A DNA stretch of 64,000 bases. Source: an uncultured Chloroflexia bacterium. Lineage in GTDB: Bacteria > Chloroflexota > Dehalococcoidia > Dehalococcoidales > UBA2162. Location: positions 63,050 through 127,049 of the forward strand of contig CAVUYC010000012.1 in the NCBI GenBank assembly GCA_963745605.1, written 5' to 3'. Of the stretch, positions 47,886 through 56,139 are shown in pieces. The translations under genes were made by a program, and so were the position numbers. The notes below the pieces were generated by a model. That model was not told the DNA's origin. It saw only the letters and a program-made list of their open reading frames with translations, and ran no database searches. The first letter of the stretch is position 1. Every line of letters starts with the position of its first letter.

Positions 47886-49229
47886 CTAGTCTCCGCCCAT
47901 GTCTTCTTTCGTTTCGTCTTTCACGGTCAAAGCATGAAAGCCCTCGGGCACCAGCCCCAATCTTTCTTTGAGCAGCGTTTCCGGCAGGGAAGTGAGACCG
48001 AAATTGGCAGAGACCAGTTCACTTTTGAACTTACCGACTTTAACCCTGTCTCTCATCAGGCCCAGCATGACGCCTGACCTGTCGACGTCGCCACAAAGCA
48101 CCATTCCCACCACAATATCGTCCTTGATGACGACCTTCCTGATCTGATGATCTGTGCGAGTCCCTATGGTTTCAAAGCTGTTGTCGGGAGGAACCGATAT
48201 TCCCGCAGACGCTATTGCTAGTCCGAAGTACTTCAGCGAATTCATTGCCGTTCCGCCGCTGTATTCGGTGGGCCGTCCTGCCATGTTAAGTCCGGCAACC
48301 CTTCCGCCGATGTAGGCGTTTGGCCATATCGGGCTCAGCCGATTGCTTTGGTACACGAAATCATAGGCCTCGGCAGCATCACCGCAGGCATATATCCCGT
48401 CAGAAGAAGTCATCATGTGCCTGTCTACCAGAATTCCGCGGTTGGTCTTGATGGGGGTGCCTGCCACAAGGTCAAGCCTGGGTCTTACTCCGATGGCCAT
48501 TACCAGCATCTGGCACACGATTTCGCGACCATCGTCCAGCGAAACGCTCGTAATCCCGCCTTGTTCCGTTTTGGCCTTGGCGACAGTATGGTTGGTCACC
48601 ACCTCAATTCCCGCCTGCTCAAGCGCCTCCCTGGCGACCGCAGATGTCTCTTCATCGATGATCGTGTTAAGGACCCTGTCCTTCATTTCCACAATGGTAA
48701 CCGAGACATTCCTTTTGACAAGAGCCTCGCTCACGCTGAAGCCGATGAGGCCTCCGCCTATTACTACCGCATGAGTACGTTCGCTGCCCCGCCTCTCCAG
48801 GAATTTGTCTATCGCTTTGGCGTCATCGAGAGTGGTAAACGTAAAGAAGTCGTCTTTGGTTGCCCCCACCACCTGAGACACAATAGGGGTCCCGCCCGGA
48901 GCGAGCAGTAGGCTCTCCCAAGCTACGGTCTGGGAATCGCCCAATTCAACGGTGCGGCACGCGACATCAACTTTTGTTACTTTCTTTCCAAACATCGTGT
49001 TGACGCCGTTCTTCACATAGAAGTTCGAAGGGCGGTAAAGCATTCGATCCAGGGTCGCGTGCTTGGCCAGATACTCGGAGATCATCGGCCTTGAATATGC
49101 CGGATACGGCTCTTCCGAGATGAGAGTGATAGAGCCGGCCTTGTCTACCAACCTTATCGCCTCGATCGCGCCGATTCCGCCGGCCGAATTGCCTATTATG
49201 AGATATTTCGCCTTAATCTCTTCTGCCAT
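47886..49229 (-). CDS. FAD-dependent pyridine nucleotide-disulfide oxidoreductase family protein (NADH-oxidase-like; probable electron-input subunit of the split GOGAT)
   Basis: 447 aa; YLIIGNSAGGIGAIEAI (FAD fold), HAVVIGGGLIGFSVSEAL (NAD fold), ...IYACGDAAE... Confidence 0.75.
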   Translation of the reverse strand: MAEEIKAKYLIIGNSAGGIGAIEAIRLVDKAGSITLISEEPYPAYSRPMISEYLAKHATLDRMLYRPSNFYVKNGVNTMFGKKVTKVDVACRTVELGDSQTVAWESLLLAPGGTPIVSQVVGATKDDFFTFTTLDDAKAIDKFLERRGSERTHAVVIGGGLIGFSVSEALVKRNVSVTIVEMKDRVLNTIIDEETSAVAREALEQAGIEVVTNHTVAKAKTEQGGITSVSLDDGREIVCQMLVMAIGVRPRLDLVAGTPIKTNRGILVDRHMMTSSDGIYACGDAAEAYDFVYQSNRLSPIWPNAYIGGRVAGLNMAGRPTEYSGGTAMNSLKYFGLAIASAGISVPPDNSFETIGTRTDHQIRKVVIKDDIVVGMVLCGDVDRSGVMLGLMRDRVKVGKFKSELVSANFGLTSLPETLLKERLGLVPEGFHALTVKDETKEDMGGD

Positions 49230-49243
49230 GGAACTTCCTTACC

Positions 49244-49864
49244 CTACTGGATTGCGCGCCTGATAAAGTTGTCGTACATCCGCAACCCTGGCACACCGCT
49301 CTTCTCCGGGTGAAATTGGGTTGCCACCAGATTGCCTTTTGCGATAGCGCTGCATACATTGACCCCGTATTCTGCTTCCCCGATGACAACGGACCTGTCT
49401 TCCGGCACGGCATAGTAGCTGTGCACGAAATAGAAATTCGTGTTATCGGCAATGCCTTCGAAGACGGGATGCTTCTTCAACTGTTTTACCTGATTCCAGC
49501 CCATATGCGGGGTCTTTAGCCCCGGTGGCAGCAACTTCACCTGACCACGAATCACGTCAAGGCAATCGCAGTTTCCGTCTTCTTCGCTACGGGTGAGAAG
49601 CACCTGAAGCCCAAGACATACGCCGAAGAACGGCTTGTCCTCCGCTATATACTCTCGGATGGGATCCATCATCTGCCTTTTCTTTAAGCTGCTCATGGCC
49701 TGGGCCGCCGCCCCCTGCCCGGGGAAAATGACTGCCTTCGCGGTGCGTAGATCCGCAACTGAGTCGGTTATTTTGGGACTGTAACCAAGCTTCGACAGAG
49801 CATTGGCAACGCTCTTGATATTGCCGGCACCGTAATCCAGGATCAGGACTTCAATTAGTGACAT
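49244..49864 (-). CDS. hisH: imidazole glycerol phosphate synthase glutamine amidotransferase subunit HisH
   Basis: ATG at 49864: MSLIEVLILDYGAGNIKSVANALSKLG...PGQGAAAQAM...FFGVCLGLQVL (Cys nucleophile)...FVHSYY...ATQFHPEKSG. Confidence 0.9.
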   Translation of the reverse strand: MSLIEVLILDYGAGNIKSVANALSKLGYSPKITDSVADLRTAKAVIFPGQGAAAQAMSSLKKRQMMDPIREYIAEDKPFFGVCLGLQVLLTRSEEDGNCDCLDVIRGQVKLLPPGLKTPHMGWNQVKQLKKHPVFEGIADNTNFYFVHSYYAVPEDRSVVIGEAEYGVNVCSAIAKGNLVATQFHPEKSGVPGLRMYDNFIRRAIQ

Positions 49865-50309
49865 CGGTTGCTGGAGCCTCGCCATAGACTAGTGCTTCGT
49901 TGGGGCAATTCGCGACGCAGTACGGCATTTCTTTCCCCTGGCACAAGTCACATTTTATAATTTTGCCCTGGTTCGTGTCTCTCTTTGGAGCCGATACAGG
50001 ACAGGCGAGGACACAGGTCCAACAGCCAATGCATTTTTCGGTATCCACGGTGACCACGCCGGTGTCTGGATTCTTGCTCAATGCACCGCTCAGGCACGAA
50101 TACACGCACAGCGGCTCGTCGCAATGGCGGCACTGAAGAGCAAAGGACACCGGACGGGCTTCCTCAACGCGCACGGCTGCCAGTGGGGGAGCCGTCTTCC
50201 CGTTGAACGCCTTGATCAGATCCTCGGTCGGAGAGTGAGCCAGCCTGCAATACACCTCACAGAGGTGACATCCAATACAAACATCGCTCTTTGCGTAGAC
50301 TCTCTTCAA
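49851..50309 (-). CDS. 4Fe-4S dicluster/polyferredoxin-like protein
   Basis: 152 aa, TTG start after GGGGGA; CIGCHLCEVYC, CRHCDEPLCVYSC, CIGCWTCVLACP, CDLC...CVANCP. Confidence 0.8.
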   Translation of the reverse strand: MKRVYAKSDVCIGCHLCEVYCRLAHSPTEDLIKAFNGKTAPPLAAVRVEEARPVSFALQCRHCDEPLCVYSCLSGALSKNPDTGVVTVDTEKCIGCWTCVLACPVSAPKRDTNQGKIIKCDLCQGKEMPYCVANCPNEALVYGEAPATDVTN

Positions 50310-50363
50310 GGTGTTCCCCCGTAGCGGTAGACGGCAACCATTTACCGTCTACATTATTTCAAT

Positions 50364-50393
50364 ATTCTAACCGGTTAGTCAGGGTAGTGTCAA
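50364..50393 (-). promoter_or_regulatory. sigma-70-like promoter of the Fd-hisH-GOGAT-regulator operon with an embedded 12-bp palindrome
   Basis: Sense TTGACA (50393-50388) - 18 nt - TAGAAT (50369-50364); perfect palindrome CTAACCGGTTAG (50367-50378) spans the spacer/-10 junction. Confidence 0.5.
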
Positions 50394-50518
50394 CGAAACC
50401 GGGTGACTGGTCGAACCCTCTCCCAGCGATCGACACCTGATGACCATATTGTAATGAGATTTCGACGATGGAAATGGGGTATCGGAACTTGTTGAAGCGA
50501 AGCCCTCGGGATCTGGTT

Positions 50519-53095
50519 CTATCCTCCGCTGGCGCGCTTCTTGAGCTCGTATAGCTTCGTCAGAGCCTCGAGGGGAGTAAGGGAATCGATGTCGAGACCC
50601 TCGATGTCTTGAACAAGCGGCGACTTCTCACCGAAAAGCGTAATCTGGAGGGGCGTCTCCTCTCTACGCCGTCCTCTGCGAGCCTCTGGTTTACGGCTGT
50701 CAGATTCCATATCTTCCAGCAGTTCGTACGCTCTGCGAAGCAGCGGCCTTGGAAGACCGGCGAGCCGGGCTACGTGTATCCCGTAACTCTTATCAGCCCC
50801 TCCCTCCACAATTTTACGAAGAAAGACCACCTCGCCTCGATTCTCAGACACGGACACATTGAAATTCCGGACCCGGGCCAGATATTCGGCCAGTCCAACC
50901 ATTTCGTGATAGTGAGTGGCGAAGATGGTCTTTGATCCAAGTCGGGGATTATTCTGAATGAATTCGACGACTGCCTTCGCAATTGAGAGACCGTCGTACG
51001 TACTGGTGCCCCTTCCAATCTCGTCGAGGATCAGCAGCGAGCGCGGGGTTGCGTTGTTCAGGATATTTGCCGTCTCGATCATTTCCACCATGAAAGTGGA
51101 CTGGCCACCCGAAAGGTCCTCACGAGCCCCAATTCGCGTAAAGATTCGGTCCACCAAGCCAATCCTTGCCCTCGCCGCCGGTACGAAACTCCCCACTTGA
51201 GCCATCAGCACAATCAGAGCGACTTGCTTTAGGTAGGTTGACTTGCCCGCCATGTTGGGCCCAGTAAGGACTATGACCTGAACGTCCGAATTGTCCAGAT
51301 GAACGTCATTCGGAACGAAAGCAGTACTTCGCAAGCTCGCCTCTACCACGGGATGCCGTCCATCCTTGACGTCTATGCAGGTCCCCTCGTCCAACTCCGG
51401 ACGGACGTAGTCGCGCTTAACGGCTACTTCTGCCAGCGCTGTAACGACGTCCAAGCGTGCAATGCTGGCCGCCACTGACAGCACGGGCTCGCGTTGTGCC
51501 CCGATTTGATGGCAGACCTGCCGGTACAGGCTGTTCTCCAACTCCTTGGCCATTTCCTTGGCGTTCAGAATCGTCGATTCGTGCTCTTTGAGTTCGGGAG
51601 TGATGAAGCGCTCACCACCCACGAGAGTCTGCTTTCTCAGATATTCCGCAGGCACCTGGGCAAGGTTTGAATTGGAGATCTCGATGTAGTAACCGAAGAC
51701 TCTGTTGTACCCAACCTTCAACGATTTGATGCCCGTACGCTCTTGTTCACTGCGCTCGAGGTTCGCCAGAAAATGGGTTGCATCGGAGGATGCGAGCCTG
51801 AGCTTGTCCAGCTCTTCTGAGAAGCCTTCGCGTATCACTCGACCCTCACCGGGACTTGAGGATGGCTCGTCAAGAATGGATACCTCAATCAGCCTGGCGA
51901 TTTCCGCGAAAGGGCGAATCCCCTCCCTGAGCCACGATGGAGCGCTGCACTCGTCGAGCACCCTGCATAGGTCAGGCAACACTTCGAGGCTCGCTCTAAG
52001 TGACGTGACTTCCCTGGGGAAAGCTATTCCTGAGGCGATCCGATTGATTGATCGCTCTATGTCATTCAATTTCGAGAGCAGGGACGACATTTCGGCGCGG
52101 ACCAACGCAGATGCGTGGCACCATGCGACGCCGTCCTGACGCTCGCGGAGAGCGTTCAGGTCTAGAAGTGGCTGGCTCAACCATCTGCGCAAGAGACGGC
52201 CGCCCATCGGAGTACGGGTCAAATCGATCACTCCGAGTAGCGACCCTTCGGTGGCGAGCGTCCTCCCGTTCCTGAGAACGTCAAGGTTGCTTACTGTCTG
52301 CTCATCAAGGACCATATAAGAACCCGTTGAATAAGTCGACAGAGTAACGATTTGCTCCAGCGCCGCCTTCTGCGTTCGGCTGAGGTAGGAGATCACTGCA
52401 CCTGCGGCCTTTATCGCGAGAGGCATTCCCGCGCAACCAAACCCTTCGAGAGAGGATGACTTGAAATGGTCGAGCAAGCATTTCGTTGCCTCCTCCAACT
52501 CGAAGTCGAGGTCGTCGCATCTGGAGATCACTGCATCAGATTCTCCCAGCCAATCGATGCTTGCGCCCGCCGCACAGAGTACTTCCGAAGGGCCGAGACG
52601 GCTCACTTCGAGCGGCGCCCGGCTGATCCCCAATTGGGTCGTCGCAAACTCACTCGTGGTGATATCGACATGAGCAATCCCGACCTCGTGATCGCCCACG
52701 GCAATGCTTACCAGATAATTGTTCCTGCGGCTGTCCAACAAAGCCGGCTCTACGACCGTCCCCGGAGTCACCACCCTGGTCACTGCGCGCTCAACGATGC
52801 CCCGCGTTGCCCCGGGCTCAGTCATTTGTTCGCAGATAGCAACCTTGTGTCCACGGCCGACCAGGCGGGCTAGATAATTGTCCAGGGCATGATATGGAAT
52901 CCCGGCCATGGGCACTCGCTTCCCCTTACCCATCTCGCGGGAGGTGAGCACGATCTCAAGTTCTTTGGAGACTACTCTCGCGTCTTCGTCAAACGTCTCG
53001 TAAAAGTCTCCGAGCCTGAAGAGCACCAGCGCCTGAGGGTTCTCTTTCTTGACGCGCAAATACTGACGGCGGACGGGAGTCATCTCATCTTTCAT
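50519..53095 (-). CDS. mutS: DNA mismatch repair protein MutS
   Basis: About 858 aa; ...TPVRRQYLRVKKENPQALVLFRLGDFYETF...; Walker A GPNMAGKSTYLKQ; start at 53095 or 53083 (ORF-track 53128 less likely). Confidence 0.92.
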   Translation of the reverse strand: MKDEMTPVRRQYLRVKKENPQALVLFRLGDFYETFDEDARVVSKELEIVLTSREMGKGKRVPMAGIPYHALDNYLARLVGRGHKVAICEQMTEPGATRGIVERAVTRVVTPGTVVEPALLDSRRNNYLVSIAVGDHEVGIAHVDITTSEFATTQLGISRAPLEVSRLGPSEVLCAAGASIDWLGESDAVISRCDDLDFELEEATKCLLDHFKSSSLEGFGCAGMPLAIKAAGAVISYLSRTQKAALEQIVTLSTYSTGSYMVLDEQTVSNLDVLRNGRTLATEGSLLGVIDLTRTPMGGRLLRRWLSQPLLDLNALRERQDGVAWCHASALVRAEMSSLLSKLNDIERSINRIASGIAFPREVTSLRASLEVLPDLCRVLDECSAPSWLREGIRPFAEIARLIEVSILDEPSSSPGEGRVIREGFSEELDKLRLASSDATHFLANLERSEQERTGIKSLKVGYNRVFGYYIEISNSNLAQVPAEYLRKQTLVGGERFITPELKEHESTILNAKEMAKELENSLYRQVCHQIGAQREPVLSVAASIARLDVVTALAEVAVKRDYVRPELDEGTCIDVKDGRHPVVEASLRSTAFVPNDVHLDNSDVQVIVLTGPNMAGKSTYLKQVALIVLMAQVGSFVPAARARIGLVDRIFTRIGAREDLSGGQSTFMVEMIETANILNNATPRSLLILDEIGRGTSTYDGLSIAKAVVEFIQNNPRLGSKTIFATHYHEMVGLAEYLARVRNFNVSVSENRGEVVFLRKIVEGGADKSYGIHVARLAGLPRPLLRRAYELLEDMESDSRKPEARRGRRREETPLQITLFGEKSPLVQDIEGLDIDSLTPLEALTKLYELKKRASGG

Positions 53096-53700
53096 CGTAG
53101 GCACTATTCTACAGGACACTGAGAACACTGAGAAAGTGTGGATGCGCCAAGGATCGATGGTTGTCCGATCCCGCTCGGCCGACTTGTCTGCAACTGCTCT
53201 GATCGCACATTCAGCGTATAATCATTGCTGTGGCTGTAATGGATTTGCTATACGGTCTGTCGACGCTGAGGTCCGGTCCGGATGAGAGTTGAAGGGTTTC
53301 CTTTAGAGGCTTGCATGGATTCCTGCAGTCTGAAGCCAGGACACGCAGGCCGCGCCGTCGAGGGTTCGAATGGCCCCCTCGCGAGCGCCTTCGTCAGAGC
53401 TGCCTGTGAAGCGTGCCGCGACCGGAGGACTCGCCGTCAAGCCGTCCTGGACGCCGTGCTCTCAATGGTGAGAGAAGAGGCAGGGTCGTCGGGTCTCACC
53501 CGCATTCCTGAGCCCGTTCGCGTTCCCGCCGCCAAACCCTCGCCGCGGCTGTAATCCTCGAACGCCCGTCCTGCTCATGCCTCCCGTTCAATCACCACCC
53601 AGGACAAACCTGGCCGGGCTGCCAAGGTCCAACTGTTCTTACGGACAGTGTGCTATATCGCCGGCACTGCTAATCTGGCTGTAAGTCTCGGAGGTGAAAC

Positions 53701-54093
53701 ATGCAGGCTGTTCAGATGTCAAAGCCAATCAAAGGAACCTGGAAATCCACTACCGCGGGAATCCTCGAGATCATAGACGGCTCTTTCAGTGCCCTTATCT
53801 CAGTCACAATGATCATCGGTGCTGCCGTTATCGGATCGGGCGCCGCGTGGTTGGGTCTGAACGCGAGTGATTTCGATGGAATGGCGCTCTCCGTCGTAGC
53901 CACCATCCTCTTGGTCGTCGCACTCGTCGTCTTAGCGTTTGCCGTCCTCGAGATCCTGGGGGGCATATCAGCCGTTCAAAGGAAGCGATGGGGGTTAGCA
54001 CTGGCTGGCGGCATTGCCTCTGCCATCCCTTTCAATCTCATCGGCATTTTTGCTATCATTCTCCTTGCGTTGTCCAAGGATGAATTCGTCTAG
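53701..54093 (+). CDS. small multi-pass membrane protein, unknown family
   Basis: 130 aa, GGAGGTG RBS; 3-4 predicted TM segments; ...GGISAVQRKRWGLALAGGIASAI...LSKDEFV. Confidence 0.65.
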   Translation: MQAVQMSKPIKGTWKSTTAGILEIIDGSFSALISVTMIIGAAVIGSGAAWLGLNASDFDGMALSVVATILLVVALVVLAFAVLEILGGISAVQRKRWGLALAGGIASAIPFNLIGIFAIILLALSKDEFV

Positions 54094-54124
54094 ACCCGAG
54101 GAGGAGACCCGATTTAGGGCATAC

Positions 54125-54535
54125 ATGGATAGTCCAGAAGTAAGTGCGCCGAACCCTCCACCACCTGCAGCACCCCGACCGACATGGCGACCGCTTGTGG
54201 GGGGAATGCTCAGCATCACCGCCGGCACGATCGACATTCTTTTTGCCCTGGCTCTCGTCATCGGAATCGTGGCAGTCGGCACGAGTAACATACTCACAGA
54301 GCAAGATATCGCGCCGATGACAATGTCCTTCGTCGAAGTCTTTCTCAAGGGGATGGCGGTCTTCTTCGCCGTCGCTGGGATGCTGGCCGTCGCCGGAGGA
54401 ATAATGTCGCTTCAGCGGAAGAATTGGGGCATTGCTTTGGTGGGTGCGATAGCTGCCGCCGTGTCGCTTTGGATGGCCATATTGGGGATTCCAGCCGTCG
54501 TTCTCACTTCCATCTCCAAGAGTGAGTTCTCCTAG
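54125..54535 (+). CDS. small multi-pass membrane protein, paralog of the preceding gene, Pro-rich N-terminus
   Basis: ATG 54125 (or 54080): MDSPEVSAPNPPPPAAPRPTW...GGIMSLQRKNWGIALVGAIAAAV...ISKSEFS. Confidence 0.6.
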   Translation: MDSPEVSAPNPPPPAAPRPTWRPLVGGMLSITAGTIDILFALALVIGIVAVGTSNILTEQDIAPMTMSFVEVFLKGMAVFFAVAGMLAVAGGIMSLQRKNWGIALVGAIAAAVSLWMAILGIPAVVLTSISKSEFS

Positions 54536-54549
54536 CCAGCGGGTGCTGA

Positions 54550-54927
54550 CTACCACTGCCTCAATTCGATCGCGATTCCGCTGGGATCCTTGATTTCAGC
54601 TCGCTTGCTCTTACCTATCGCATTTGGGCCGCGCGTCATGACAACTCCCTTGCTTTTGAGATATTCGACCGTTTTGTCCATGTCTTCCACCTCCAGGGCC
54701 ATCATGCGGTAGCCCACCGTCGGGGCCTCCGTAGCTGCCGTGGGCTCTTTGAAAGCAAGCATCTCAATCATCGTATCGCCCAGGGTGAGATAGCTGATCT
54801 CGGTCAACCCCGGCATACTCATCTTGTTCCTTTCTTTAATCTTGAAGCCGAGCACGGTCGTGTAAAATTCTATCGACTCCTCAATATTCCTCGGAATGAT
54901 TTCAACATGGTCTATCCTCTTGAACAT
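54550..54927 (-). CDS. VOC/glyoxalase-family protein
   Basis: 125 aa; MFKRIDHVEIIPRNIEESIEFYTTVLGFKIKER... Confidence 0.75.
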   Translation of the reverse strand: MFKRIDHVEIIPRNIEESIEFYTTVLGFKIKERNKMSMPGLTEISYLTLGDTMIEMLAFKEPTAATEAPTVGYRMMALEVEDMDKTVEYLKSKGVVMTRGPNAIGKSKRAEIKDPSGIAIELRQW

Positions 54928-55101
54928 CGCACCCTCCTTCAGGAAATGAACTCATTGTAGACTTAGAAGATCTCTTTATCAAAACGTGACTTTCGTTCAC
55001 GCTCACACACGTTGCTTTGCCGGGAAGCGTTGATATACTATTGAATTGATTATTGTGATCAGCGCGCTCACTTCTACGGAGTGTAAGCAGAGGTAAGAAA
55101 T

Positions 55102-56061
55102 ATGTGGCTTCAAGTAAGAATGTATCTCTTGATCGCCGTGCTGGGTGCCATCCTTTGGTCCGCCTTGTACCTGATAGGACAGGCAATGGGGATCGGAAAC
55201 TCGGTATCCTATTTGGTCATGGCTCTCGGAGTGCTTGGCCTCCAGTACCTCATTAGCCCGGCGCTTGTCGGCTGGACGATGCGCGTGAAATGGGTGACCC
55301 CGGAACAGGAGCCCGACCTTCACCAGATGGTGACTGAACTGGCAAAGGAATCAGGCCTGCCCAAGCCCAAAGTGGGGATTTCAGAACTATCTATTCCGAA
55401 CGCTTTCGCCTACGGACGCAGTCAACATGACGGACGTATCTGTGTTACTCGCGGTATTCTGGGCATCCTGGACAGGAACGAGCTCCGTGCCGTTCTCGGC
55501 CATGAGATGTCTCACATCAAGCACCGCGACATGGCCGTGATTACAATCCTCTCCGCCATCCCCATGATCCTTTATTGGGTCGCTTTCAGCTTCATGTGGG
55601 GAGGAGGTGGTCGAAGGGACAAGGGTAATCTTGGCCTTCTCGTTGGGCTTGGAGCGTTCGTCCTCTATTTTGTCACCAACCTTCTGGTTCTCTATGGCTC
55701 GCGCATTCGAGAGTACTACGCTGATCTTGGCAGCACCAAATTGGGCAGCAAGCCTCACTATCTTGCCAGCGCCCTTTACAAATTGAGTCAGGCAAGCGCC
55801 AGGCCTCGAGTAAAAGAGGAGCTCAAAAAGACCGAAGCTGTAAGAGCGTTTTTCGTCACCGATCCCTCCCGAGCTTCGATGGAAGTAAGACAGATCCAGC
55901 AGATCGACCGAGGGGACAGAGGAATCATCACCTATGACGATCTCATGGACCTTCGTCAGAAAACCATCAATATCAGTTTCGGTGACAAGCTCGCTGAGAT
56001 CTTCATGACCCACCCCAACATGGTAAAAAGGATCAAGCACCTTTCGACCCTCATTGGCTGA
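55102..56061 (+). CDS. htpX: M48-family zinc metalloprotease HtpX-like
   Basis: 319 aa; TM segments plus HEMSHIKHRD (HExxH). Confidence 0.85.
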   Translation: MWLQVRMYLLIAVLGAILWSALYLIGQAMGIGNSVSYLVMALGVLGLQYLISPALVGWTMRVKWVTPEQEPDLHQMVTELAKESGLPKPKVGISELSIPNAFAYGRSQHDGRICVTRGILGILDRNELRAVLGHEMSHIKHRDMAVITILSAIPMILYWVAFSFMWGGGGRRDKGNLGLLVGLGAFVLYFVTNLLVLYGSRIREYYADLGSTKLGSKPHYLASALYKLSQASARPRVKEELKKTEAVRAFFVTDPSRASMEVRQIQQIDRGDRGIITYDDLMDLRQKTINISFGDKLAEIFMTHPNMVKRIKHLSTLIG

Positions 56062-56087
56062 ACCAGACCCCAGGATAGTCTCGTCCA

Positions 56088-56116
56088 GGGCGACCCATGC
56101 GGGTCGCCCCTTTTTT
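56088..56116 (+). terminator. rho-independent terminator after htpX
   Basis: GGGCGACCC / GGGTCGCCC 9-bp stem, loop ATGC, then C-TTTTTT. Confidence 0.8.
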
Positions 56117-56139
56117 CGCCGGGGCAAGACCCCGGCTGT

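Noticed and set aside
53355-53385. GGGTTCGAAT T-loop-like sequence, suggesting a tRNA or tmRNA 3' domain; a similar GGGTTCGAAC at about 57236
   Set aside because: The flanks do not form a 5-bp T-stem. There is no acceptor stem or CCA context, no GGGG...TTCGAC tmRNA 5' end, and no tag-peptide reading frame.
53282-53554. 90-aa ORF inside the long spacer
   Set aside because: It has no Shine-Dalgarno sequence and an Ala/Arg/Pro-rich composition expected by chance in GC-rich DNA, with no motif. I kept it only as part of the unexplained-spacer finding.
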